From: Octopus vulgaris
Lineage: Eukaryota
DNA: 64,000 nt
Assembly: GCA_951406725.2 (NCBI GenBank)
Contig: OX597816.1
Coordinates: 149,110,001-149,174,000, forward strand
Direction of reading: 5' to 3'
Shown: positions 38,183 through 51,515 of the stretch, piece by piece
How the letters are laid out: every line of letters begins with the position of its first letter
Numbering within the stretch: the stretch's first letter is position 1
Notes under the pieces: generated by a model
What the model saw: the letters and a program-made list of their open reading frames with translations, nothing else
What the model was told of the DNA's origin: nothing
Databases searched by the model: none
Position numbers and translations under genes: made by a program

Positions 38183-39652
38183 AGGTATTGATTCTTTCAC
38201 CCGCACGATTTTTACTAAGAAAAAAAAAACTCGGATTTTTTGCGTGGACTCAAGTACCCTGACCTCCTAATATACTGCAAACTCCTTTTTTTTTTGTTCG
38301 GAAAAAAAAGGATGGGGGGAAAACCGGACCTCCCACCTACCCACCCACATCCCGAAATCACTGGAAATTTTTTTTCATTGAGTAAATTCCGTTGACCTAA
38401 TATGCTACAAAACCTTTTTTGGGGTCAGGAAAACGGGGTGGGGTGGAACCCTCGGAAATGTCACCCTCCTCCCCATTTTCAAATATGTTTTGCTATTTCT
38501 TTCTTTATCCATAATTTTAGATAACATTTTGCAGAAATACGATTTCGAGAGAGTGTGGATTACATTAGATTGAAAATTCAAAAAAGTTTGAAATGAATAA
38601 GTGAAAATGCAGAGGTTATAGAAGTTAGTGGTAACGAAGTGCGGAGAGATAAACGATGAATTCATCTTTAGAAAAACACGTTAGAGTTTTTGCATGTATG
38701 AGTGAAACGGAACAAAGTATAATATTAACAAAATATCTTAAAAATCACTGGATATAATACATATAATAATCCCGAATAGATTTTCCTGGCTTGCCAGTCT
38801 TGTCAAACCGTCCAACCCATGCCAGAATGGAAAGCGGACATTAAACGATGATGGTGATGATGATGTATAATGATATATATATATATAATTATGACAGATT
38901 GTTATCCATTCAATGTTTAAGTAAACTTCGTCACCCTCTCTCTCTCTCTCTCTCCACATAAAAATGAAACAAATTTCGGCGCCAAAAATTGCAAAGGGAA
39001 AATCTATTTTTGGTGCCAAAATGTGTTTCATTTTTTTGTGTGGAGAAAACGTATTTCTGCAAAATATTATCTAAAATTAAGAGTAAAGAAAGAAATAGCA
39101 AAAATTATTTGAAAATGAGGATGAGGTGAAATTTCCGAGGATCCCACCCAACTCCGTTTTCCAGACCCAAAAAAGGGTTTTGTAGCATATTAGGTCACCG
39201 GAATTTAGTCAATTAAAAAAAAAAAAAAATTCCCAATGATTCTGAGATGGAGGATCCGGTTTTCCACACACCCTTTTTTCCAAACAAAAATAAGGGGTTT
39301 GCAGCATATTAGGAGGTCAGGTTACTTGATTCCATGCAAAAAACCAGAGTTTTAGTTTTTCTTAGTGAAAATCATACAAGTGAAAAGATCAATGGAGGTG
39401 GGAGGTGAAATTTCTGGACCCAAAAACGGTTTTGTAGCATATTAGAAAGTCACCAGAATTCATTCAATGGAAGAAAAAATTTCCAATGATTCCGGGATAT
39501 GGAGGGAGGGGTGACCGGACCTCCTTCCTTTTTCCGAATAAAAATAAGGAGTTTGCAGCATATTAGGTGGTCAGGGTACTTAATTCCATGCAAAAATTGT
39601 GAGGGTTTTTTTTCTGAGTGAAAATCGTGCGGGTGAAAGGATCAAAATCTAC
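38183..39652. mobile_element. Long-TIR foldback-like DNA element with nested SINE fragment
   Basis: Imperfect inverted arms (TTTCACCCGCACGATTTT ... AAAATCGTGCGGGTGAAA); duplicated subterminal block on the right; SINE tail near 38785-38865. Confidence 0.75.
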
Positions 39653-39759
39653 TCAATAATATCAAGATGTTTAAAAGAATCATCTACATGAATACATGTG
39701 GAGTGGTACATGTGAACATATTATCCTTATTTAGCTGTATATTGTGTTTTTTCACCTAC

Positions 39760-40110
39760 TGAATAACAGAGAGCATATCCAATTGGAGATTTGTCAGGTC
39801 TCTTACATTTAGAAGCCTTCAGACATCTGCATAAATTCTTATGTTGTCTTTGATGAAGTCAGTGATGTCATTAAAGTAAATTATGAATAGAAGGGAACCC
39901 GATATTGTGCCTTGTGGGACTCCACAAATGACTCTTACTGAACTTGATCAAACATCATTGATCACCACATGCCGAGTATCGTTCACCAGGAAGCACTCAA
40001 TCCACTTAATAATTTCTCTCAGACTACAATTTTGAATTGTTTCTCTAACAGGATGCTGAGATCAACCTTGTCAGAGGCCTAGCTGAGGCCAAAGTACATG
40101 ACCTCTGCTT
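39760..40110 (-). mobile_element. Decayed LINE RT fragment
   Basis: GVPQGT...LLFIIYFNDI and YAD traces on minus strand. Confidence 0.65.
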
Positions 40111-40479
40111 TGGAGCAGATATATTGTTGTAGTGAAAATGGTACTCCCCTTCCCATGTGACAAAGTGGTATGATAGACCACTATAAAGTCAGTCGTTGTA
40201 GGAGGTCAGTAATAGAAGAGTCATTGTATGAGTTCTCAGTTGGAGTTGGTATCAGTCACGTGTTACATAGACATTGAAAAAAGTTTTTTTCATGCAAACA
40301 ACATTGAAAAATTTTTCATGTGGAAAAATTAAAAACTTGACACAGGAATAACAAACATTTTTGTTGTACATATTTTACAAAAAATCCATAAAATTATGGG
40401 AAACTTTTGCTCGACTAAAGGCGGTGCTCCAGCATGGCCGCAGTCAAATGACTGAAACAAGTAAAAGAGTAAAAGAGTA

Positions 40480-41645
40480 AAGGGTCTAGTTGAGTTGCAA
40501 AAACAAGAACAACAAGTGTTACATCAACAACTGCTACAACTAATTAAGTTAGTAACAAAACTGGAAAATACATTTTCGCCAGACCAAGCAGCAAATTCAA
40601 TAAATGAATTTAAATATGACCCAAAAGAAGGAGTCACCTTCGATGCATATTACCAAAGATTTGAACAAATTTTTGAAAAATAATGCCAAGACTGGATGGA
40701 CAAAATGAAAATGTATCTAATTCTGAGGAAACTGGCAATGACAGAGCATACTAAATACTGTAACTTTATACTGTCTAAAAAAAAGTTTCTGACATAAATT
40801 TCCCGGACACAATTGACATTTTATGTAGGATGTTTAGTGAAAAAACATCATTGTTCAACACACATTGGAAGTGTTTGAACACCGAGAAAAGAGATGCCGA
40901 AGACTTTACCACACATGTGGGTAGAAAACTGGATAAACCAACTCCAGACTTGTTCAAGTGTCTGATTTTTGCTCAGGGACTTACTGCTAAAAAGGACGCA
41001 GAAGTCAAAATGAAAATTCTCACAAAGCTGGAAATGAACCAGGATATAACTCACCAGAAACTGCCAGAAGAGTGTGATATAATATTAAAAATAAGGCATG
41101 ACACAGAAGAAATCCAACGCAGAGATTGTTTACAAATAAAACCAGTGTGGAAGAGTCAGATGGCTAAAGAATTTCACAAAAAACATGATATATAACAGGA
41201 GATAAGCCTATGTATGGCATGCTTTTTTGAAAAGAGTGTTTGTTCAAAAAAGTAAAGTGTTTTCATTGAGGGAATACAGGACATATTAAATCGCACTGCA
41301 GAACTAAGATGATGAAAAACTGGACCAATCAAAAAAAATAAATAGTTTGCCATCAGAGAAAAAAATTTGTACAACATTGAAAATTCATCAAGGTGAGAAT
41401 CGAAACCACTAGTGTCAAAATGCAATTAGACATGAGTAGTGACATCACCATCATAAATGAAGAAACATGGCAACAAATCAGTAAGCTGAAATTATTTAAA
41501 TCAAATAAAGTAACATATGGTGTTACAGGAAAGAAATTATATTTCATCGGTGAATGTATTTGCAATGTTACTTTTCGAGGTGAAACAGAAAGGACAATCA
41601 GTTATGTGTTGAAAAAAATCACTAAACCTATTTGGCACAGAATGC
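40480..41645 (+). mobile_element. Gypsy LTR retrotransposon gag-protease remnant
   Basis: FKYDPKEGVTFDAYYQRFEQIF, FKCLIFAQGL, and protease-like LDMSSDITII; several stops and frameshifts. Confidence 0.8.
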
Positions 41646-42479
41646 ATGGAGCAAAGCAACTGGGGGAAGGAGCAAAGCAACTTACAGGCTCTCTGAGACC
41701 AATGAGATTCATGCCATTAGTTTTCCTCTGGAATACTATATGTGATGCATATGGACAAGACCAGCTGTGTAAAGAAGTGCTAATCTCTAACTGTGAAGGG
41801 AACCTATGAAAGAGGTAGACCCAGAAAGAAATGGGACAAGGTAATGGAGCACGATCTTCGAATGCTGGGATTCATGGAGGTAATAACAAGTGACAGAGAC
41901 CTTTTGTGACATGCTGTGCTTGAAAAGACTCATCAAGCCAAGTGAAATTATAGTCGTGGCTGTTGCTGGTGTCATGTAAATGGCACCCATGAAATTGTAA
42001 TTGCGACTGTTGCTAGTAACATGATATTCAAATGTTGGGCCTCACAGAGGTGATGAAAAGTGACTGAGACCTTGATGATATGCTGTGCTTGAGAAGACTC
42101 ATCAAACCAAGTGAAACTGTAGCTGTGACCATTACCAGTGTCATGTAGATGGCACCCATGAAATCGTAGTCACAGCCATTACCGGTATCATGTAAATGGC
42201 ACTCATGCCAGTGGCACGTAAAAAGCACCCGTTACACTTTTGGAGTGGTTGGCATTAGGAAAGGTGCCCAGCTGTAGAAACCATGCCAAATCAGACTGGA
42301 ACCTGATGCAACTCTCCAGCTTACACAGTTCCAGTCAAACAATCTAACCCATGCCAGCATGGAAAGCAGACATTAAATGATGATGGTGATGATGAAGTTA
42401 GTCAAATAGTCAGAGATTAAGAGAAATTTATGGATGTATAACATAGTGGTCAATTGGACATTCTTATGAGCTATAGATC

Positions 42480-44060
42480 AAATCTATGGCTGGCATAACA
42501 TTCCAACCAGACAAAGGGTAATATAGTGGTGAAACAGTGAAGTAGAGAGAGCCATAAAAACAGACAGACAGGCTTGGAAAGGTTGGAAATATGGGGATAA
42601 CAGATAATCACACCAGGTATAGAATAGAAGCTAGGTGACAGGTATATTTAGCAAGGGAGGAAGCAGAAGAGAAGATGTTTGCCAATATTCTAGTTTCAGA
42701 GGCATGAGGTGTTTTAGCTTGCAAGAAAGTGTATCAGACATAATCAAGATGTGTGAAAGAAGTGTATATGAATGGATAATGGTTCACTTACATCTCGTGA
42801 TTCTGGAAAGAAAGTATCACAGCAGTGTTACTATGAAAGGCTATTAAACATGGAGAATGCATAGAAGAAACAGAGCCTTCCAAATGTGAACCTGATAACT
42901 GACAGCAGTATGATAGACAAAGCAATCAAGGGTTTGAAGACAGGGAAAGCCACTGGTCTATCAGGAATTACCTTCAATATGCTTAAACTATAAAGTGAAG
43001 TAGGATATTGTCAAGTCACTGTATAGTTAATCCGGTTGTACAGGAAAGTATTATACCCAACAACTGGTGTAGTAGCATTATAGTCAACTTGTACAGGGGT
43101 AAAGGTGATGACTTAGGGAGGACTAATTACAGTTGTATCAAATTGTTGAACCAAGTCTTAAAAGTTACAGAAAGAGTTCTAGCCCAACTACGTAAGAAGC
43201 AGGTGTGATGAGATGAGATGCAATTTGATTTTGCGCTGGGGAGAAGTATCACTGATGTTCTTTTCATACTAAAGCAACTGCAGAAGTATTTAGCCCAAAA
43301 TAAACCACTGTCCTTGGCTTTCTTCAGCCTGGGAAAAGCCTTCAGCAGGCGCCCTTGTCCCTTGGTCTGGTGATTGCTGTGGAAGCTAAGAGTAGATGAA
43401 TGGCAAGTAAGAGCTGTGAAAAACATGTACAGAGGCACTGTCAGTAATGTAAGAGTTAGCAATGAGTACAGTAATAAATTTAGTGTACAGGTTAAGACTT
43501 CATTAGGGCTCAGTTCTCAGTCCCACCTATTTACCATAGAGGAGTTTGAAATCAGTTGCTTGTGTAAATTCTATGTGCCAGTGACCCTGTACTAGAATCT
43601 ATAGTAGAATTAGAAAAGAAATTCTAAGTATGGAAGAAAATCATGGAATCAAAGGGCTTTAAAGTTAACTTAAAAAAGTTCAAAGTCCAAGTAAGCAGGA
43701 AAACAGACAGCATGCTTATCTCTATGGTAAAATGGTCTTGTTTGACATATAGAAAAGGTATACATAGTAATTCTGTATGATGTATCCAGTGCAAACTATG
43801 AACACACAAGAAGTGTAATAGAATCACTGGAAGATTAACAGAAAAAAATAGACTGATTGTGGCAGATACACAAGAGCAGCGTAAAAGGCAGTACATAGTT
43901 TGTTACCTAGATGACTTAATTAACTGTAAAAAGTATAGTTGCTAGAATAAAAACTGGCTGCAGAAAGATCTCTGTTGGTAATTATTTATGTATGTGTGGA
44001 AACCTCAATAGTGCCGTTGTCCTCAGAGTGAAAGGCAGACTGTGTAATATTTGTGTAATA
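42480..44060 (+). mobile_element. Degenerate RTE LINE
   Basis: LYRGKGD...NYSCIKLL, LQKYLAQNKPL...LGKAF motifs; broken frames. Related fragments near 27930-28500 and 57150-57650 (-). Confidence 0.8.
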
Positions 44061-44319
44061 ACTATAATCTTTTATCTTTCACTGGTTTCAGCCAGAGCTG
44101 AGGTCATGCTGATGCACTACCTGTAGTTACTAAGTGTTGTTTCCAATATTGTTTTTGGTCAAGTAGCGAGTTGGACAGAGCTGCTTTTCTTTGCATCTCT
44201 TGCCGCAATGTGGGTTCATCTGGTATCTCAGATAGAAACTTGTCCAGACGTTCCTTGAAAACTTCCACATCAACACCATGTAGATATCTAAGGTTGCCTA
44301 GAAGGATGTTGAACAATTG

Positions 44320-47300
44320 CTACAGAATGACAGCAAATGCAATGTTGAGCTCCTGAAGAATCTGCATGTAATCAAGCTATATGCATTGCACTTACAGAAA
44401 CACATCTATCTTCAGGCATAAATGATGTGGAGATACACATACCAATGTATGCTATCTTCTGTAAGACAGAAGAAAAAGAAGTCACAGTGGAGTTGCAATG
44501 TACATCCGCAAAGTTGTCATACTATTAACCCTATTATTGAACTGAAACTCAGTGTGTGACACACTCATAGTACATCTAAAACAACTTGATATAGTGATAT
44601 GCACACTATATTGCCCACCTGTTGCCTCAAATCATGATGGAAAATTTGAGGAAAGCCTCAGTGCAATAAAAGAAGTACTAACACAATTGGATTAATGCAC
44701 TACTATATTCCTGATGGGTGATTTCAACTTCCCCAACATCAGGTGGCCTGAGGGCAATATAACCCCAGGAATGATGCACAAAGAGTGAAATCAACAAGAA
44801 TCTCAACCTGACCTTATGAGAAAGCTATTCATGGAGCAGATCATACTCTCTTCAACCAGGCACAAAAATATCCTGGACCTCTGTTTAACAAACAATGTGG
44901 AAATTATCCACAATGTAAATATATCAGTCGATATTCTCAGACCATAATATGATAGAACTGACAATGTATGGCCTGGAATTAACTAAAGATAAACTCTGCA
45001 CAGATGACGCTCACACATTATCCAGCCTAAATTTCTATGAGTTTGACTGGAAGTCACTTGAAAAACACACACTCCAGCAAGACTGGCCTAAAAGCCTCTC
45101 TATGCAAGACATAGATATGAAACTCAATAAATTCATGTCAATAATGTGAGCCATATGCATTAAATATCAGGTCATCCCATAAGCTCTGTCCGAATTTTGA
45201 ATAAAGAAAACAAGTGATCAAATGTTATATTTAATTGAAATTTAATCAACGTAATTTCCTTGATTATCTATGACTTCATGACTTCTTTCCATCTATTTAC
45301 AAGCTTTTAAATCCCATCAATGTAAAACTCTTTTGGTTTCAAAGCGAAGAACTCTGAAATGTCAGTTTCGACCTCCTCCTGGCTTGCAAAAGTTATGTCC
45401 CCCAAATGATTCTGTAAACTACGAAACAAATGGTAGTCTGAAGGAGCAAGGTCGGGAGAGTAAGGTGGATGAGGAATTTTTCCCAACCAAGCTTTTCAAT
45501 CTTCTGTGATGTGATCTTTGCAGTGTGGGGTCGCGCATTGTCCTGATGAAACATCACTCCTTTTCGATTAACTAAAGCTGGTCTTTTTTTTCTTCAAAGC
45601 TTGGTTCAAACACTAATTGCTGACAGTAGACTTGAGCATTGATTGTTGCATTAGATGAAAACAATTCAAAGTGAATTACTTCTTTGCAATCCCACCAGAT
45701 ATTGAGAAGAACCTTTTTCCCATGAAGGTCCCTTCTCGGTTGTGGTTGAGCTTTTTCCCTTTTACCAAGCCACTGTTTACGACATTTAATATTTTGATAG
45801 AAGATCCATTTTTCGTCACCAGTCACAAGTCTATCCAAAAAGGGTGAAAAGTGTTCATGAGAATGGAAAGAAGAGCAGATGGCAACTCGGGTTTGCAGTT
45901 GCTTTCAGACAATTCATGAGGCACCCAGTTTCCAAGTTTAGGAACCTTTCCAAGTTGCTGAAGATGATGATGAACAGTTGTATTGTTTGAACTAAGCTTT
46001 ATTGCCAATTCTTCAACTGATAATGCAGGATTTTCTTCAAGCAATGCCTCAAGGAGCTTATCATCAAACTCAACTAGACGTCCTGTTTGATCTTCAACTT
46101 CAAGGCTGAAATCTCCACCACTGAATTTTGCAAACCCTCTGCTGCAAGTTCTTTCATTCAAGCATTCTTTCCCATAAACTGAGCGTATGTTTCGAGTTGC
46201 TTTGGCTGCAGAGTTTCCTTTTTTTGTACTCATAAAGCATTATGTGCCTCAAGTGCTCTTTGGATACTTCCATGTTAGAAAGGGTTTTAATCAAAGAAAT
46301 TTTAATTCTATTATTCTGTAAAATAATATTTAATAAGTTTAAATGTACACAAATGCATAAAAATAATTTTTAATTCCATTAGACATTCTAAAATACTATT
46401 AAATTTCATTCAAATTTAAAAAAGGTAAAATCAGACAGAACTTATGGGATGACCTGATATATTCCAGAGAAGAGAGCCAATACACAAAAAAACATTCCCC
46501 AAGACAGGAGAATACTCATGTTGCAGAGAATAAAGATCTTGAATAGTTTAAACAAACACCTTAATGACAGCGTGAAATCCCACTTGACAGAGGAGCTCTT
46601 CGAGAGACAAAATAAATTCAAACTCTCCCATGAAAAAGAGAAACCTGGGCAGTCGAAAATATAAAAAAGAAATCCTAAAGCCTTCTACACTTTGGTAAAG
46701 GAGTCTGCCTCAGTACGCTATGAGATAAAAAATGGCTCACTAATTGCAGACCTGGGGAAGATAAGTAAAGCACTAAATAAACAATTCTGAAGTGTTTTCA
46801 CTTCTCCACTGGAAAATATGCAAACAAACAAGCTGAAGGAGTTTTCGAATGTAATCAATCTATTCGGAAAAGAGGCAACCATCGATTACATCAACATAAC
46901 AGAAGAGGATGTAATATCGACCATTGATGAGATGAGATAAACTCAGCAACAGGCCCAGATGGACTCGCAGCTGTTCTCTTAAAGACATGTGAAAAGGCTC
47001 TTGCAAAGTCACTGTAGATACTCTTTAGAGTTTCTTTGCATGTGACCAACTTCCCAACATGATAAAAGAGGGTATATGCCCTGTCCATAAAGGAGGGAAC
47101 AGAGCAGATGCTAAGAACTACAAGCCCATCTCTCTGACCTCACATGTTAGCAAGGCAATGGAATGCATTGTCAGAAAAAGGCTGATAACGCTCCTAGAAG
47201 AAAACAACCTTCTCACAAACATGCAACATGGCTTCCGTCCAGGGAGGAGCTGCCTCACACAGTTGCTGCAGTACTTTGACCGGGTACTGAAGTAACAACT

Positions 47301-47700
47301 AAACTAGTCAGCTACAGACATAATATACCTCGACTTTGCCAAGGCCTTCGACAAGGTTGATCATGGCATGACATGTCACAAGCTGCGAAACCTTGGTATT
47401 ACTGGGAAACTAAGAGTGGCTGCATGATTTTCTGAAGGGCAGGAGTCAGATAATTGTAGCCAATAGTGCTCAGTCTGAAGAGACACCAATTCTCAGCGGA
47501 ATTCCATAGGGAACTATACCAGGGCCACGATTATTCGTGATAGCCCTCTCAGACATGCTTTCCGCTGTCTGACCAGTTATGCTGACGACACAAAAGTATC
47601 ACAGGCAGTTAGGAATCCGGAAGACATCATAAAACTGCAGAAAGACCTGAACAAAATCTACAAACAGGTTAATAAAAATAACATGCGGTTCAATTTTAGG
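44320..47700 (+). mobile_element. Degenerate CR1/L2-group LINE (endonuclease+RT) interrupted by a mariner
   Basis: MGDFNFPNI, ILDLCLTN, SDHN, NYKPISLTS, QHGFRPGRSCLTQL, YLDFAKAFDKV, YADD; in-frame stops. An oppositely oriented LINE 3' fragment lies at 44104-44316. Confidence 0.88.
45167..46457 (-). mobile_element. Full-length mariner with frameshifted transposase
   Basis: TA TSD, TIRs TCAGGTCATCCCATAAG / CTTATGGGATGACCTGA; WVPHEL, TGDEKW, DNARPH, YSPDLAPSDYHLF. Confidence 0.95.
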
Positions 47701-49151
47701 CATTCAAAGTATGAGTTTATTGTATTGGGACACACTTATTAAATACGTTCTGGAATAAAAAATTTATGTATTGTTATCGAAAAACTGTAACTGGTAAAAT
47801 GCAGAATTATCAGAGTTATGGACAATGAAAGTGTACATGCATCAACAAAGTGCAACAATAAGGTTTAGCAGTTCAAAACTGTGAGTAGTGAAATGCAGAA
47901 TTAGGTTCGCTGAATCTGGAATCAAAAATTATGTTCTGTCATCAGATATGTTTAACTGGAAAAATGCAGAATTATCGGAGTTATGGGCACTGAAAGTGTA
48001 CATGCTACAGCAGAAGACACATGCCAAGTTACCACACAGTGGGACTGAACTGAGGACCATGTGTCTTGGAACCAAGTTTGTTACCACACAGCCACACCTG
48101 CACCTATGTATGTGTGTATATATGTGTGCATGTGTATATATGTGTACATATTACATGTACATCTATATATATATAAATCTATGCATACATGTATACATAT
48201 ACATACATGTATACATATATATATATACATGTATATATATATCTCCATATATACATCTATATGTATACATCTATCTATATATATATATATATATATATCA
48301 TCATCATCGTTTAACGTCCGTTTTCCATGCTAGCATGGGTTGGACGGTTCAACTGGGGTCTGGGAAGCCAGAAGACTGCGCCAGGCCCAGTCTGATCTGG
48401 CAATGTTTCTACAGCTGGATGCCCTTCCTAACGCCAACCACTCCGTGAGTGTAGTGGGTGCTTTTTACGTGCCACCTGCACAGGTGCCAGTTGAGGCTGG
48501 CAAACGGCCACGATTGGATGGCGCTTTTTACGTGCCACCGGCACAGGGGCCAGACGTGGCTGGCAACGGCCACAATCAGATGGTGCTTTTTACATGCCAC
48601 CGGCACTGGCAACATCCACGTTCGGACAGTTCTCTTATGTGCCACCGGCACTGGTATCACAGCTACAATTTCCATTGATGTTGATCAATTTCGATTTTCA
48701 CTTGCCTCAACAGGTCTTCAAAAGTTGAGTTTGTGTCACAAGAAGGAAAGGTATGCATAAGTGGACTGGCTACATCCCAGGTAGAGGCCACGGGTTATGG
48801 TAGAAGCCACTACCATAGATACATGGAAATTTAAATTAAAATTAATAAGGGTGAAAAATTGAATATTAATTTGATTAATATGAATTGAAACCCAGTGGTG
48901 TAGCACATAAGACCATAGCAGATCTTCTAGCAAAATGAATGTCCACTGTTAATGGTTCATCCCTCATATAGGCAAGAAGTTAAAAATTTTTTTTGCCAAT
49001 GACATTATATGGACCCTAAGTAAGGCATGTGTAAAATTTGAAAGAAATTGGTTGTGTAGTTCTAAAGTTTAGGGATTCACACAGATAGACACACATTCTC
49101 AGTTTTATATATATAGATATATGTGTAATATATATATATAATCTATATATG

Positions 49152-49194
<43 letters not shown>

Positions 49195-49809
49195 TACTTA
49201 TATATACTCTTTTACTTGTTTCAGTCATTTGACTGCGGCCATGCTGGAGCACCGCCTTTAGTCGAACAAATCGACCCCGGGACTTATTCTTTGTAAGCCC
49301 AGTACTTATTCTATCGGTCTCTTTTTTGCCGAACCGTTAAGTAACGGGGACGTAAACACACCAGCATCGGTTGTCAAGCAATGCTAGGGGGACAAACACA
49401 CACATGTATATATATATATATATATACATATATACGACAGGCTTCCCTCAGTTTCTGTCTACCAAATCCACTCACAAGGCATTGGTCGGCCCGGGGCTAT
49501 AGCAGAAGACACTTGCCCAAGATGCCACGCAGTGGGACTGAACCCGGAACCATGTGGTTGGTTAGCAAGCTACTTACCACACAGCCACTCCTGCGCCTAT
49601 ATATGTATATATAATATATATTATACATATTATATATATATATATATAAATAATTTTTTCTATGTTGTTTCAGCTCAAAGCTGTGGTCATGCTGGAGCAT
49701 ATATATATACATACCTGTACGTGCGTATATATACATTTAACCACACACATATATATATCTGACAGACGCATCACTAACACCAGAAATTAGCAGGGACACT
49801 AAAGTGTAA

Positions 49810-50103
<294 letters not shown>

Positions 50104-50338
50104 TACAGACATACATAGAGGAGTGTGTGGTGAGGTCTCAATCTGTATAAGTATAAACACCGAATAATGAAAGTGTATATAATGTGAAGCAAGTTCTAAG
50201 AATTTTAAGCAAATATACAGCATTTTCATTCAGCGTTTCAAACTGAAAGCTAAAGAAAATCGCTAACTTTCGTATTACATTTGAGAGTGTGATAAAATAC
50301 ACAAATGATAATATAAAAACAAAAGTAGGTCTGTTTAC

Positions 50339-50713
50339 TTTGTTCGTTTGAAATATTTCCATTTGTCTCCATATCCTGTTTGGATTTTCGTTTTGGGGTA
50401 GGGAACTTGCTGTTTCTTGGGGGAAAGCTGGTGTACAATTCTCAGTTATTGTTCTCGCAACTTCTGTGTTGTTAGCTCCTGCTGTAATTTGTTGTATTGT
50501 TTTGAGAACAACGTTTCTACAGGCATCTTGTGGATGAGAATGTGGTGGTGGATCATACTGCAGAACATCATCAATTGTTTTGAGTCTTGCAGCGCATGTT
50601 TTTCTTTCTTCACATTTCCAGTATGTAATATTATTTTTCTTCTTATCAACAGTATAAGCGTACCCATTATATAGTAATTTCCTGCCGCCACGTTTAGTAA
50701 GAGTGAATTCCAT
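50339..50713 (-). CDS. Candidate alternative first exon: FLYWCH zinc finger (125 codons)
   Basis: MEFTLTKRGGRKLLYNGYAY...YWKC-x5-C...HSH is the FLYWCH pattern. Phase-0 donor AAA|GTAAAC at 50339/50338 (weaker consensus); the ORF beyond it reads as AT-rich intron. Confidence 0.8.
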
Positions 50714-51423
50714 AGTCACAAAAAATGATTGATGAATACGCTATATAAAATAATTCGGATGAACGTATGGTGTTGACCAACGTTGCATGTGTAAATTATA
50801 CTGAATTAAATTCACGAGACAGTTGCAAACAACTGTCTTTTTAATTACTGTGAATATCATGCAATGTCCAAGAGTCTTCGAAACTAAAGGCTATAAAATA
50901 TAAGTACAATGAAAACGTGAAACCGAAACGAAGAAATGAACTGTGTACGAAGTTTCTCAATATATGTAGAACACACCCACATACATATTAGTGTGTGCAC
51001 AACAAAGTAAAAGGGTGGCTTATTAGCAATTAGAACCTAAAGGCAAAATTAATAGAGGTCGCAAAAATGACGGAATATAGTGATTAGCACCGCTTATGCT
51101 AAAATAAGAGTTAAATTAACTCCAAACCCACTAAAGCACTATACTTAATGGCTGATGAAGAGAGGTAAGCCCCTAGAATATTTAGCCATATCGCGATTTC
51201 GAATTTTGGTGTAGACTACCTTAATTCTCATCAGCAGCCTAAGGTTAAATTCAACTTCCACTGGCAATCTTATTAGAAAAACAGTTGAAGATGGATAAAC
51301 ATAACTCCTAAACTAATCCCCTGGCCCTTTTTCATTTCACCACCTTTTTCACAACAGCCGTTGAAAGTTTATACTAATTCACCTCCAACAATAGAGAGCA
51401 GTCAGCATATTCCCTTCCTTATT

Positions 51424-51515
51424 GGCTAACTCTGATGAGCATAAAGTTATATAATCAGTTTGTTACTTAACACCCCATTGCATTCTTTACGCGAAACCGA
51501 TTGGTAAGATCAGCC
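51424..51515 (+). ncRNA. Type I hammerhead ribozyme-like motif
   Basis: CTGATGA (51432-51438), stem II GCATAAAG/CTTTACGC, GAAAC-C-GATT-G-GTA, stem I GGCT/AGCC; imperfect stems. Confidence 0.5.
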
